DNA of 64,000 nt from Candidatus Omnitrophota bacterium (lineage in GTDB: Bacteria > Omnitrophota > Gorgyraeia > Zapsychrales > Zapsychraceae), in NCBI GenBank assembly GCA_020429915.1, contig JAGQKV010000020.1, positions 1,673 through 65,672 of the forward strand, read 5' to 3'. Shown piece by piece: positions 47,900 to 58,018 of this stretch (positions are counted from its first letter, which is position 1; every line of letters begins with the position of its first letter). The notes under the pieces were generated by a model. The model ran no database searches. It had not been told where the DNA came from and saw only the letters and a list, made by a program, of their open reading frames with translations. Made by a program: the position numbers and the translations under genes.

Positions 47900-49651
47900 A
47901 TGCATCGTAAACCGGTTGTCATCCTGTTGCTGTTGTGCGCCATTACCTTCGGGAACGCGCTGCGCAACGGGTTTGTCGGCGACGACAATTTTCTCATTCT
48001 GCAGAACGAGTTTTACAGTTCCTTTTCGAATATCAAAGACCTATTCACATCACGGTACCTGACCGGTCCGGCGGCGGCCATCAGTCCGGCGGATACGGCG
48101 CGCTATTTTTCCGGTTCGGTGGCGTACCGGCCGGTATTGTCGCTGACGTATTTCTGGGATTACGCGCTGTGGAAGGAGCAGCCCTTCGGCTATCATTTCA
48201 CCAGCCTGCTGTGGCATACGGCCAACACGCTGCTGGTTTACTGGCTGATCTTCCTCGTCTCCGGACAGGCGGGTGTCGCCTTTTGGGCCGCGGCGATCTT
48301 TGCCGTGCACCCGTTTAAAAGCGAGGCGGTGTGCGCGATCAGTTACCGGGCCGACCTGGTGGCCGCGTTGTTCGTGTTGCTGGGGATGATCGCCCATGTT
48401 CAATTCCGCCGCCGGCGGGAGGTCACGTGGGCCGCGGCCGCGCACACGGCGTTTTTCCTGGCGGTCTTTGCCAAGGAGGCGGCGATCGTCTTTCCGGGGA
48501 TGGTGTTCTGCTACGACCGGTTCTGTGTCCGTCGGGAAGAGCAGGGCGATGATTGGCGGCGTTTCATCGTTCCGTATGCGGGCTACGCCGCGATCGGGGC
48601 TTTTTACATCTATATTTACCTGTTCGTCTTTCGCAACGAACAGGCCGCGTCGGTGACCTGGCTGGGCGGATCACCGGGGATGCACCTGATCAAGAGCGTG
48701 CAGATCCTGGCCGGTTACGTGACCGGACTGTTTTTACCGTTCGTCGTCAAGGTCCTGCCGCCGGTCTATCTGCCGCCGATGACGGACGCCTTCGTGTTGA
48801 CCGCGGCCCTGACGGCGGCGATCGTGGCGTTGACGGCGTGGACGAGTGTGCTGTTTTCCCGGCGCGGTTCGGCCAACGCGTTTTTCATCGGCTGGTTCTG
48901 GCTGACGCTGATCCCGGTCTCGAACCTGATCCCGCTGGTCAATCCGATGGCCCACCGTTTCATGTACCTGCCGTCGGTGGGGATGGCGTTTATGCTGGCT
49001 GTTTTTTTGCACGCGGCCGGGGAGTGGATGAACGCCCGGTTGCGCTCGCGGAATTTCGTGACGATCTTTGCCGGCGCCTATGTGCTGGCGGCGATGATCA
49101 TCGCGATCCGCATCAACGCGGCCTGGCGGCATGATTACATTATGGCCTACCGGTTGTATCAGAATCATCCGCGCGACCCGGTGAGCCATCTGTTTATGGG
49201 CCTGACCTATGTGCGTATCGGGGAACCGGAAAAAGCGGAGCGCGTGATCCTCGACGGGATCCGGCTGGGCCTGGACGATCCGCGCGTATACTATATCCTG
49301 GCGCTCAGCCGTAAAGATGATTATGACCTGGCCGCCGGTTATCTGAATAAAGGCGTGAGCGTTTATCCGGATTACCCGATGCTCTATCTGGGGCTGGGAC
49401 GCACTTACTTGATGAAGGGCGATCTTGTGCGCGCCCGGCAGGCGCTGCGTCAATGCCTGGCGCTGCAACCGTCCTACCGCGCGTACAATTATCTCTTTCA
49501 GGTGCTGCTGCTTGAGAAGGATGCGCCCGGCCTCGCCGCGCTGCAACGGGAGATCAGCGCGGTGATGCGCGACCCGCAATACGACGCCTTCCTCGCAAAG
49601 ACCCTGCAGATCAAAGATACCCTGACGTTGCCGGAAGACAACGGATTTTAA
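47900..49651 (+). CDS. Polytopic membrane protein with C-terminal TPR repeats (PMT_2/GT-C-like)
   Basis: About 11 TM helices. C-terminal TPR region. Confidence 0.5.
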   Translation: MHRKPVVILLLLCAITFGNALRNGFVGDDNFLILQNEFYSSFSNIKDLFTSRYLTGPAAAISPADTARYFSGSVAYRPVLSLTYFWDYALWKEQPFGYHFTSLLWHTANTLLVYWLIFLVSGQAGVAFWAAAIFAVHPFKSEAVCAISYRADLVAALFVLLGMIAHVQFRRRREVTWAAAAHTAFFLAVFAKEAAIVFPGMVFCYDRFCVRREEQGDDWRRFIVPYAGYAAIGAFYIYIYLFVFRNEQAASVTWLGGSPGMHLIKSVQILAGYVTGLFLPFVVKVLPPVYLPPMTDAFVLTAALTAAIVALTAWTSVLFSRRGSANAFFIGWFWLTLIPVSNLIPLVNPMAHRFMYLPSVGMAFMLAVFLHAAGEWMNARLRSRNFVTIFAGAYVLAAMIIAIRINAAWRHDYIMAYRLYQNHPRDPVSHLFMGLTYVRIGEPEKAERVILDGIRLGLDDPRVYYILALSRKDDYDLAAGYLNKGVSVYPDYPMLYLGLGRTYLMKGDLVRARQALRQCLALQPSYRAYNYLFQVLLLEKDAPGLAALQREISAVMRDPQYDAFLAKTLQIKDTLTLPEDNGF

Positions 49652-49662
49652 AGGAGGACAGC

Positions 49663-49809
49663 ATGAAGCATTACCGTGAGGAATTGTGGTTTCATACCGA
49701 GACCCGCCGCGACTACATCAACATTACGCCAGAGGTCGAACTCTGCCTCGAAAAGAGCGGCATTAAGGAAGGGCTGTGCCTGGTCAACGCGATGCACATC
49801 TCAGTGTAA
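49663..49809 (+). pseudogene. 5' fragment of a second yjbQ-family gene ([48 protein letters not shown]), truncated by islet insertion
   Basis: High-GC, RBS AAGGAGGA. Strong similarity to the islet-borne YjbQ N-terminus. Stop after 48 codons exactly where GC drops. Confidence 0.55.
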
Positions 49810-49931
49810 GTCAGCAAATCCTCAAAAATAATCCCCGCCTGTTTTTCTCTCTTGATAATACACATCACTCCGACGGTAACCATAAACAAAAAGTATCAGA
49901 TAAAGCCTTTAAGCTTTGTATAAAGATACCC

Positions 49932-50168
49932 TTGAAGTTTCAGCTGTCCCAACTTTATCAGGCCAGTTATCGTTGTTCTGAACAGCCTCAGACATTAGGG
50001 CAATATATCCGCAAGGCAAGGGTGGAGGCAAACCTGTTAGCCAAAGATTTGGCCCGGATACTCAATTGCCATCGAACAAGCGTGTTGAATTGGGAAAATG
50101 ACCGGACAGCTCCAACGGAAGAGAATCTCTTACAGCTTAAGGCAATATTTCCAGCCTTAAAGGAATAG
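49932..50168 (+). CDS. XRE-family HTH regulator (start uncertain, TTG at 49932 proposed)
   Basis: C-terminal LGQYIRKARVEANLLAKDLARILNCHRTSVLNWENDRTAPT is a Cro/C1-type HTH. The upstream part of the listed ORF runs into the yjbQ fragment and is non-coding-like. Confidence 0.45.
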   Translation: MKFQLSQLYQASYRCSEQPQTLGQYIRKARVEANLLAKDLARILNCHRTSVLNWENDRTAPTEENLLQLKAIFPALKE

Positions 50169-50169
50169 A

Positions 50170-50589
50170 TTATTCTCCGATGATTTTTATCAATACCCTT
50201 TTCTTGCGTCTGCCGTCAAATTCTCCATAGAAAATCTGTTCCCACGGCCCGAAATCGAGCTTGCCGTCCGTTATGGCGACAACCACTTCCCGGCCCATCA
50301 CCTGACGTTTCAGGTGGGCATCGGCGTTATCTTCGCCGGTATCGTTGTGCCTGTACTGCGAGGTAGGGGCATGAGGGGCGAGTTTTTCCAGCCATTTATC
50401 GTAGTCGTGGAGCAATCCCTGTTCGTCGTCATTGATGTACACCGAGGCGCTGATGTGCATAGCATTGACCAGACAAAGGCCCTCTTTAACGCCGGACTGG
50501 TTAATGGCCTTCTGGACATCCGGGGTGATATTAATGTAATCTCTGCGGTCTTTGGTGTTAAACCAGAGTTCTTCTTTGTATGATTTCAT
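50170..50589 (-). CDS. YjbQ/UPF0047-family protein, islet-borne intact copy (low GC)
   Basis: 139 aa. Collinear with the split host gene fragments ([20 protein letters not shown]..., ...[28 protein letters not shown]). Confidence 0.75.
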   Translation of the reverse strand: MKSYKEELWFNTKDRRDYINITPDVQKAINQSGVKEGLCLVNAMHISASVYINDDEQGLLHDYDKWLEKLAPHAPTSQYRHNDTGEDNADAHLKRQVMGREVVVAITDGKLDFGPWEQIFYGEFDGRRKKRVLIKIIGE

Positions 50590-50718
50590 GTGTTTCCTCC
50601 ATTTTGTGTGATTTCAGAAGTAATCCTTCTGGTGCTTTAAAACCTTGAATTTGACCCTCTTATTATGTCATACGGGTCAAGGGCTACGCCCGGTTTTCGG
50701 GGTGCCCTATTTAAGGCT

Positions 50719-50747
50719 TTGACATAGCATTTCACATATGATACACT
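50719..50747 (+). promoter_or_regulatory. sigma70 promoter TTGACA-17-TACACT for abiEi
   Basis: Consensus -35, 17-nt spacer, -10 about 12 nt before ATG 50760. Confidence 0.45.
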
Positions 50748-50759
50748 TTAGTCATAATT

Positions 50760-51389
50760 ATGAAAAGCAAAAAGAACCTTTTAGAACAGCTAAAATCGCT
50801 ACCGTACTTCAGCAAAGAGAGCTTATACCAGCTTGGAAAACAGCTTGGGCTTGCCGATGCTTCAGTGGATACGTATATCAGCCGTTTTCTGAAATACAAA
50901 GAAATTATTAAACTGAAAAAGGGCCTGTATGTGTCAGCTGATTTCTTCGACAAAAACAGAGGGAATATTTCCTATTCATTTTATCTGGCAAATATCTTGC
51001 GGACACCTTCGTATGTCAGTTCGTGGTCAGCGCTTCAGTACTACAACCTGACCACAGAGGCCATTTACGGTATATCTTCAGTGACACTAAAGGTCACCAG
51101 GAATTATACAACAAAGGCCGGGCACTTTTCTTATCAGTCCATAAAAGACAAGCTGTTTTCTGATTTTTCTCTGGTCCGTGCTGATGGAGGGAAGTTTGAT
51201 TTCTTTATCGCTTCACCGGCCAAGGCTTTGTTTGATTTACTTTATTTTAAAACTCACCAGTTGCGAGGAGTCAGTGAAAAAGACATTGAGCCGCTTGTTG
51301 ATGAATTACGGATAGATATTGATGAAATGGACAAAAAGGAAAGAGTTAAATTTTATACGATGATAAAGGGATATATTAACCATGAGTGA
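50760..51389 (+). CDS. abiEi: AbiEi-family antitoxin/transcriptional regulator (type IV TA)
   Basis: N-terminal wHTH-like domain. Overlaps and is translationally coupled with the AbiEii gene. Confidence 0.6.
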   Translation: MKSKKNLLEQLKSLPYFSKESLYQLGKQLGLADASVDTYISRFLKYKEIIKLKKGLYVSADFFDKNRGNISYSFYLANILRTPSYVSSWSALQYYNLTTEAIYGISSVTLKVTRNYTTKAGHFSYQSIKDKLFSDFSLVRADGGKFDFFIASPAKALFDLLYFKTHQLRGVSEKDIEPLVDELRIDIDEMDKKERVKFYTMIKGYINHE

Positions 51390-52674
51390 ACATATTATTG
51401 CCATTTTAAAAAGGAAGCTTGATGATCTTGCCTCTCATGGCCAGATGGACGCTGAAACTCTTCGTAACGCCCTTAAGGAAGAGCTTCAGTTTTATGTCCT
51501 GAATTTTATTTATCATCATCCACAATACAATAAGTGGGTCATGTACGGCGGCTCTGCGCTTCGCATTATTCATGACCTTGACCGCATGTCTGTTGATCTG
51601 GATTTTGAAGTGTCAGAGACAGTAACCCAACAATTTCTCAAGGAGTTAAAACAAGAGATCGAGGATCACTTTTCCCGCACCTATAATGTTCAGTCCGACT
51701 TTCTGACCGTTAAGATCGTTACGGGAAGGGGGCTGTTGCTTAAATTTAATGCCGGGGAAGCGTTAAACCTCGATCATCCGTCAAATCAGATTCACGTTAA
51801 GGTTGATTTAAATCATTTTACCGCCCCGCATCTGGTCACAGAGCGGCGGCCCATTAACCGGGACCAGCTGTCCTTTGTTATCGTGACCTACAATATGTCC
51901 ACCCTTATGGCGAGCAAAGTGGCCGCTATATTTCTGCGTGGAACACGTGGTGTAGGCAAGGCCATCTATGAAGAAAAGGGACGAGATATCTATGATCTTC
52001 TGTGGTACATGAACAAAGAAATTGTTCCCGATCTTGATTATCTAACGGCAAAAAATGTCAAAGAAGCGAAAGATTTGCGTACGCTTTTCGACAGGCTCAC
52101 GGTCAAAATGAACGCCGTAAGCGACACGAATCTAAAAGGAGACCTTTTCCCGCTTTTCTTAAATCGTCCCTATATTGAAAACTGGGTCGCCAACTGGATG
52201 GAAAGTTATTTACGGCTCGTTGAGGCGTATAAAATCTGTACGGTGAAGGCTTTAGCAAATGTGCGCATACACCAGCACTTTGATACGGATAATTTTTCGT
52301 TTACGTATACTTACAATACGGAAGAAGAAGGAAAGCACTGCCGGATACGGTATACTGTCAGCGAATACTGGATTGTTGATAGGGGACAAGGAGACATATC
52401 AATAAAGCCTGATGAAACCATAAACAATCTTATACAGATTACCCGAGACGGAGTAAGCACAGCTTCTCTGCCGGAGGATAAGCTAAGACAATACGCTACG
52501 CTTTTTTATCAAAAATGTGAAGAATATCTAAACAAAACAAATCGGATCATGCTTGGCAGAAGTATTGATACCAAGCTTATCAGAATGACGGCAGACCATC
52601 TGAACCAGAAAGAACAAATCGTTCTTAACAAGTCGGCTCTGATGTCCTGTGAGCTTGAGGATCTTTTGAAATAA
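51382..52674 (+). CDS. abiEii: AbiEii/AbiGii-family nucleotidyltransferase toxin
   Basis: MYGGSALRIIHDLDRMSVDLDFEV matches the GG(T/S)AL...R.SxDLDF NTase signature of AbiEii. Confidence 0.75.
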   Translation: MSEHIIAILKRKLDDLASHGQMDAETLRNALKEELQFYVLNFIYHHPQYNKWVMYGGSALRIIHDLDRMSVDLDFEVSETVTQQFLKELKQEIEDHFSRTYNVQSDFLTVKIVTGRGLLLKFNAGEALNLDHPSNQIHVKVDLNHFTAPHLVTERRPINRDQLSFVIVTYNMSTLMASKVAAIFLRGTRGVGKAIYEEKGRDIYDLLWYMNKEIVPDLDYLTAKNVKEAKDLRTLFDRLTVKMNAVSDTNLKGDLFPLFLNRPYIENWVANWMESYLRLVEAYKICTVKALANVRIHQHFDTDNFSFTYTYNTEEEGKHCRIRYTVSEYWIVDRGQGDISIKPDETINNLIQITRDGVSTASLPEDKLRQYATLFYQKCEEYLNKTNRIMLGRSIDTKLIRMTADHLNQKEQIVLNKSALMSCELEDLLK

Positions 52675-52683
52675 TTTATAAAT

Positions 52684-52845
52684 ATGGAAAAACAAAGACC
52701 CAAGAAACGCCACCATTACATTCCCGTCTTCTATTTGAACGGATTTACAACTAAAGACGGCTATCTATACGTGTACGATAAGGATGGCCCTATCTTTGAT
52801 TCATCGCCTGAGGGCATAGTGAACGAAAATCATGGTTTTTCTTAG
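52684..52845 (+). pseudogene. N-terminal remnant of a DUF4238-like gene (MEKQRPKKRHHYIPVFYLNGFTTKDGYLYVYDKDG...)
   Basis: HYIPxFYLxGF motif. ORF stops after 53 aa and is followed by several stops. Confidence 0.35.
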
Positions 52846-52958
52846 TCGTGTAAAGTCAGGGGATACCATTTTTTATAACGATAGCGGTGAAGTTTTTGGA
52901 GTCGAGCATTGGCTGTAAAAGCAGATTTATTACGACTTTCTTCAACGAAAGGGATAAT

Positions 52959-53834
52959 ATGACTCAAAAGATTAAGGTATATAATTTAAGACAAGGTCCG
53001 AGAAAGGATTTATTTAATGATTATAGTTTTATTAAGAGCAATAATCAGCATTGGGACGCTGTATTAAAGAGTGGGGTGACGGAACCACCGTCTGTTTTAT
53101 GGGGCGGAAACGCGACACTACTACAGGATATTCTTTCGTTATATAGTTTTTTTGCAAGGCAATTGGTGTGTTTGGAAAAAGAGTATGGTGAGGACAACTA
53201 TTTTTACCGCCCACCTGGTAAAAAAGGGATAAAATTCACTGATCCTTGGAAGAAAACTAGTCACGCTCTGAAGACTATTTTACAATGGAAGCCAAAAGAC
53301 AAACAAAAGTTTCAAAACAAGATAATAGCCTTCCATTATTTAAGAGCCTACCGTAATGAACGGTTGCTATATGTGAAGTCAGCAATAATGCGGACATGCT
53401 TGGTAGATTGTCTCAAGAATGAATTAGGTAAAGATATATGGGAAAAGTTTCTAGGAATCTCAAAGGAAGAATATAATTTCATTTTGAAATGTTGGATTCG
53501 CCTAAGAAATTGTAATGTTCATAAAATATCTTTTCAATATCAAGATTTTATTGCCGATAAAGCAGAGGACAAATATCAAATATTGACGGCAAATGAGATT
53601 GGTGTATTTAAGAAGTGTATTAAGGACGAAAAAGATTTTAACCAATTTATAAAAGATTCATTATGGGCTTTTGATGTCCTTTTGACATATTATTATGCTA
53701 ATATTTTTGGCTGCCTGAAATTAAAACAAGCGCCTTCCATACAAGATAAACATTATTTACTTCTTAAGAATTATTTTCAAACTCTTAAAAGTAGCAATTC
53801 GGTAAATTACCCAATTTGGCAGGGAAAAAAATAG
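52959..53834 (+). CDS. Hypothetical protein (~291 aa from ATG 52959; the listed ORF begins at 52887)
   Basis: RBS AAGGGATAA before ATG 52959. Lys-rich, AT-rich codon usage, no recognisable motif. Confidence 0.5.
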   Translation: MTQKIKVYNLRQGPRKDLFNDYSFIKSNNQHWDAVLKSGVTEPPSVLWGGNATLLQDILSLYSFFARQLVCLEKEYGEDNYFYRPPGKKGIKFTDPWKKTSHALKTILQWKPKDKQKFQNKIIAFHYLRAYRNERLLYVKSAIMRTCLVDCLKNELGKDIWEKFLGISKEEYNFILKCWIRLRNCNVHKISFQYQDFIADKAEDKYQILTANEIGVFKKCIKDEKDFNQFIKDSLWAFDVLLTYYYANIFGCLKLKQAPSIQDKHYLLLKNYFQTLKSSNSVNYPIWQGKK

Positions 53835-53897
53835 TGGCCTGGACGGAAAAAATGTGCCGGATTCTTTTCTCTTGTATTGGTGGGAGCCGGTTACATA

Positions 53898-54728
53898 TTA
53901 TTGTGTCAGTTCGGGCGTGTTATCGGATAGTTCTTTGTAACTGACCCCAAGGACAATGGAGTTTTCGACGTTACAAGTCTTGCATGTCCAGTGCCTGCCT
54001 ACTTCTAGTTCATGGTGCCACAAAAAAATCTTTTGATCACAATCAGGATTCGCACATTTAATTTCGTGCTGGTGAGGGTTCCACATTATTTTCCCATCTC
54101 CTTCATCGGTAAGGGTGTATGTAGCCTTACACTCAAAACACTCGGCCATTACTTCAGATTGACCTGGGGGAATGCGTTTACGAATCGGTTTATCGCATTC
54201 AGCACAATTTATTTTTGAGAAACTCCCCAAGGTAACATTAAAAACTGACGATGTGAGAACTTGACTAGCATACTCGGAAATTTCTTCGCAGCGATTACGA
54301 AATTTATCAAAATCAAGAACCGTTCCAGTGCGAAACTGTTTCATAGATTGAACATGAAGATAACTACCTAATGCATCGTAGTGTTTCTTCAATATTTTCA
54401 TACTTAGCACTTTCTCCGAACCGAGAGGGCTCATTTGAGGTGCCGGCACACCATACTGTTCCTCAACTCCGATGGCCAATGAACAATCTTTGTCTGCCAT
54501 TGGATCAATTTCGAGAAGAACTGACATAACTTTGCGTGGTTGCCATGTTTCATACTCGCTAGGGGGGAATTCGTCTTTATATGCAAGCGCACGATCATAT
54601 GTAAGAGCTTCCATAGCCATCCTCAGTTCAAGGGCGGCGTATTTAAGGCGCTGATCGGAATTTGTGCTGAGTTCATTCTTAGCACATTTAAGGTGTTCTC
54701 GAGCTAGGGTGCGGTAATTTGCAGTCAT
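53898..54728 (-). CDS. Hypothetical protein with N-terminal helical domain and C-terminal tandem zinc-ribbon (CxxC x4)
   Basis: CAECDKP...CFECKAT and CANPDCDQK...CKTCNVEN. Convergent with the 52959 gene. Confidence 0.55.
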   Translation of the reverse strand: MTANYRTLAREHLKCAKNELSTNSDQRLKYAALELRMAMEALTYDRALAYKDEFPPSEYETWQPRKVMSVLLEIDPMADKDCSLAIGVEEQYGVPAPQMSPLGSEKVLSMKILKKHYDALGSYLHVQSMKQFRTGTVLDFDKFRNRCEEISEYASQVLTSSVFNVTLGSFSKINCAECDKPIRKRIPPGQSEVMAECFECKATYTLTDEGDGKIMWNPHQHEIKCANPDCDQKIFLWHHELEVGRHWTCKTCNVENSIVLGVSYKELSDNTPELTQ

Positions 54729-54875
54729 TTCAATAAAACCATAGCAGTTGTTTCAATTTTTGTCTATTTCTCGGTAGCTATAAAGACAGGAATTTTAAAA
54801 TAATTTTGTGAAATTTTGGCTTAAAATGGCCACCATATTAGTAGAGAGTGTGCACTTTCAGGAAACAAGACCGGA

Positions 54876-54894
54876 CTGATTAACCGGTTATCAG
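54876..54894. promoter_or_regulatory. Near-perfect palindrome CTGATTAACCGGTTATCAG
   Basis: 10-bp perfect core TAACCGGTTA with flanking CTGAT/ATCAG. Lies between the islet gene start and the hairpin. Confidence 0.25.
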
Positions 54895-54904
54895 TACAAT
54901 TCAG

Positions 54905-54948
54905 GGACATAGTTGTGGGCCACACCACGATTATGTCCTTTTTTTTGG
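54905..54948 (+). terminator. Hairpin GGACATA-N20-TATGTCC followed by T8
   Basis: 7-bp stem and strong U-tract on the + strand with no + strand CDS immediately upstream. Confidence 0.35.
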
Positions 54949-55013
54949 CTCTAAGAGAGTAAAAATTACTTCAGCAAACCGTTCAGGAAATGTTCGGTAA
55001 TGTACAAACGTGA

Positions 55014-55145
55014 CCAGGAAAAGAATATCAAGAATCTCTCAACTTCAAGGGATGGCGCGACTTCGGCCCGTGGGAGCAGTTATTTTACGGAGAATTTGAC
55101 GGCCGCAGAATGAAGCGGGTCCTGCTTAAGATTATCGGCGAATAA
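55014..55145 (+). pseudogene. 3' fragment of the split yjbQ-family gene (...[31 protein letters not shown])
   Basis: High-GC. Aligns with the C-terminus of the islet YjbQ. In-frame TGA immediately upstream. Coordinates approximate. Confidence 0.5.
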
Positions 55146-55232
55146 ACCGTTTTCCCTTTTGACCATTTTTTGCTAAACTGATCGGTATTTACCGCCAAAA
55201 AATCGTATTATTGACCAATCCGGGAGGAAGGT

Positions 55233-56141
55233 ATGAGTTTGATCACAATCGGGACCGTCGCGCTGGACAATCTGGAGACGCCGGCCGGAAAGAAGGAAAA
55301 TTTATTGGGAGGCTCGGGCAGCCATTTTGCCGTGTGCGCCCGGCTGTTTACGGATGTGCACCTGGTCAGTGTGGTGGGCAAGGATTTTCCCAAAAAGCAC
55401 CTTACCCTTCTGCAGAGCAAGGGCATCAACCTGACTTCAGTGATCATCCGCGAAGGTCAGACCTTTGCCTGGACCGGAGAATATAAAAAGGACGACCTGA
55501 ACACCGCGATCACGCACACCACCACGCTCGGGGTGCTGGAAAACTATAATCCCCAGGTGGCCACCGAACAGCGCAATATTCCGAACGTGTTTATGGCCAA
55601 CTTCGATCCGGATATTCAGATGAAATTTCTGCAGTTGATGTCCAAGCCCAAGTTCATCGGTATGGACACGATGAACCTGTGGATCGATATCAAGAACGCC
55701 TCGCTTAAGAAGTTGATGAAGAAGGTCCACATGCTGATCGTCAATGACGGGGAGGCCCGGCAGTTGACCGAAGAGACCAATCTGCATCTCGCCGCCAAGG
55801 CCCTGTGCAAAATGGGCCCGCGGATGGTGGTGGTCAAAAAAGGAGAGAACGGGGTCCTGTTTTACAGCAAGGACCATCACTTCGCTTTTTCCGCCTATCC
55901 GGTGGAGAAGGTGGTCGATCCGACGGGCGCCGGCGATTCCTTTGCCGGCGGGATTATGGGTTATCTTTCCAAGGTCGGCCGGGTCACGCAGAAAGACCTG
56001 CACAAGGCCATTCTGTACGCGACGACATTATCCTCCTACAACGTCGAAGGGTTCGGCATGGCCAAGACCGCGCCGCTGGATATGACCAAGGTCAACGCCC
56101 GGTTGAAGGAACTGCGCAAACACATCATGCCGGTCGTTTAG
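55233..56141 (+). CDS. PfkB-family carbohydrate/nucleoside kinase (ribokinase-like)
   Basis: C-terminal DPTGAGDSFAGG anion-hole motif. N-terminal GG dipeptide region. Confidence 0.8.
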   Translation: MSLITIGTVALDNLETPAGKKENLLGGSGSHFAVCARLFTDVHLVSVVGKDFPKKHLTLLQSKGINLTSVIIREGQTFAWTGEYKKDDLNTAITHTTTLGVLENYNPQVATEQRNIPNVFMANFDPDIQMKFLQLMSKPKFIGMDTMNLWIDIKNASLKKLMKKVHMLIVNDGEARQLTEETNLHLAAKALCKMGPRMVVVKKGENGVLFYSKDHHFAFSAYPVEKVVDPTGAGDSFAGGIMGYLSKVGRVTQKDLHKAILYATTLSSYNVEGFGMAKTAPLDMTKVNARLKELRKHIMPVV

Positions 56142-56144
56142 GAG

Positions 56145-56420
56145 ATGGAGAGCAACTGGATCGATATCTCGGGAATGATCGCCGCGATCGTGCTGCCGTT
56201 TTTCAGTCTGCCGATGATTTACAAGGTCTGGCAGCGCAAGTCGTCCAAGGACATCAGCATGACCTGGGCGCTGGGCGTGTTCGGTTGTTTTTTGTTGATG
56301 CTGCCGTCGGCGCTGACGTCGCCCGACCTCGTGTATAAGACATTCAGCATCATTAATATCATATTGTTTTCGGGAATCGTGTTTGTCACGCTGAAATACC
56401 GCAACGGAGAATCCTCATGA
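56145..56420 (+). CDS. Small 3-TM PQ-loop/SemiSWEET-like membrane protein
   Basis: 91 aa. LPMIYKVWQRKSSKDIS resembles the PQ-loop motif. Confidence 0.4.
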   Translation: MESNWIDISGMIAAIVLPFFSLPMIYKVWQRKSSKDISMTWALGVFGCFLLMLPSALTSPDLVYKTFSIINIILFSGIVFVTLKYRNGESS

Positions 56421-57349
56421 GTGAATCAACCACGCCGGCTAAATCAGGGGTCGTTTCGATCGTCGGCCGCCCCAACACGGGCAAATCCACCCTGCTGAAC
56501 CGAATCGTCGGGGAGAAGATCGCTATCGTCTCCAAGATTCCGCAGACCACGCGTAATCAGATCCGCGGGATGTATAACGACGAACGCGGTCAGATCGTCT
56601 TCATCGACACCCCCGGCTTCCATTTCGAAACCGACAATCTCGACCGTTTCATGAACAGCGCGGTCACCTCCACGATCGACGGCGTCGACTGCCTGATTTA
56701 TCTGGTCGATCCCACCCGGCGACTCGGAACGGAGGAAGAGAACATTGCCGCCAAGGTCAAGGACGCCAAGGTGCCGATCATTCTCGGGCTGAACAAGATC
56801 GATATGAAAAGTTCCCGGCCGGACGTCTACATCGAATTTTTCGAGAAGGTCATGGGCAAGCCGGTGCAGGAAATGGAAAACGTGGCGCTGGTGGCCTTGT
56901 CGGGCGAGCGGGGGACCAATGTGGATAAATTGGTCGATGTGATCTTTGAATTCTTACCGGAAGGGCCGCCGCTGTACGATCCGGATACCATTACGGATCT
57001 GCCGCAGAAAATCGCGGTCGCCGACATTATCCGTGAGAAGTTCATACATAAACTCCGTCAAGAGCTGCCGCATGCCATCGGTGTTTTCATTGAGCAGTTG
57101 CGGCCGATTAAAGGCGGGACCATGTATGTGAAGGCCTTGGTCTATGTCGAGACGTCCAGTCAGAAGGAAATCGTCATCGGCAAAAACGGACAGATCCTCA
57201 AGGCGGTCGGCAGCGCAGCGCGCGCGGAGCTCGAACAGCTGTTCGATCAAAAGGTCTTTCTGGAGTTCTTTGTGAAGAGCAACAAACACTGGCGCGATGA
57301 TATCGCGATTCTACAGGAACTGGGTTACGATCAGTCGATGCTCGGATGA
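56417..57349 (+). CDS. era: GTPase Era
   Basis: G1 GRPNTGKST. G3 DTPG. G4 NKID. C-terminal KH domain. Confidence 0.9.
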   Translation: MSESTTPAKSGVVSIVGRPNTGKSTLLNRIVGEKIAIVSKIPQTTRNQIRGMYNDERGQIVFIDTPGFHFETDNLDRFMNSAVTSTIDGVDCLIYLVDPTRRLGTEEENIAAKVKDAKVPIILGLNKIDMKSSRPDVYIEFFEKVMGKPVQEMENVALVALSGERGTNVDKLVDVIFEFLPEGPPLYDPDTITDLPQKIAVADIIREKFIHKLRQELPHAIGVFIEQLRPIKGGTMYVKALVYVETSSQKEIVIGKNGQILKAVGSAARAELEQLFDQKVFLEFFVKSNKHWRDDIAILQELGYDQSMLG

Positions 57350-58008
57350 AGGAAGTCACGGCCAAACAAATCCAGCGGCTCGATGACGCGGCGATCAACG
57401 GCTTCGGTATCCCGTCGGTGGTCCTCATGGAGAACGCGGGCCGCGCCGTGTTCCGGGAAATCACCAAGCGCGCCGGATTGAATCGCGTGTGTGTGGTGTG
57501 CGGTGCGGGCAACAATGCCGGCGACGGGTTCGTGGTCGCGCGGCATCTTCTCGACGCCGGTATCGCCACGGATGTCATTATGCCCGGACCGGCCGACCGG
57601 TTGAAAGCCGACGCATTGTTGAATTATCATTTATTCCGACGTCTACGCGGGCGGGTACGGACCGTCAAACGCGTGACCCCGCGGACGGCAGCCTTGATCA
57701 GCGCCGCTGATCTCGCCGTCGACGCGATTTTTGGTGTCGGCCTGAACCGTAAAGTTGAGGGCGTTTTCGCCGAGTTGATCGAAGCGGTCAACCGACATGC
57801 CCCCCGGGTGACGGCGGTGGATGTCCCTTCCGGACTTGACGCGACCACCGGTAAGATTTACGGGGTTTGCGTGAAAGCGCACAAGACGGTCACGTTTACG
57901 TATCCCAAGAAAGGTTTTACCCGCGGCCAGGGGCCGGCACACACCGGTACCGTTAAGGTGGCCGACATCGGCATTCCCCGTATGATTAAACACCGTGTTA
58001 TCACGTAG
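57346..58008 (+). CDS. nnr: NAD(P)H-hydrate epimerase (YjeF N-terminal domain)
   Basis: VVCGAGNNAGDGFVVARHL. Confidence 0.8.
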   Translation: MKEVTAKQIQRLDDAAINGFGIPSVVLMENAGRAVFREITKRAGLNRVCVVCGAGNNAGDGFVVARHLLDAGIATDVIMPGPADRLKADALLNYHLFRRLRGRVRTVKRVTPRTAALISAADLAVDAIFGVGLNRKVEGVFAELIEAVNRHAPRVTAVDVPSGLDATTGKIYGVCVKAHKTVTFTYPKKGFTRGQGPAHTGTVKVADIGIPRMIKHRVIT

Positions 58009-58018
58009 GTAGCCTGAC

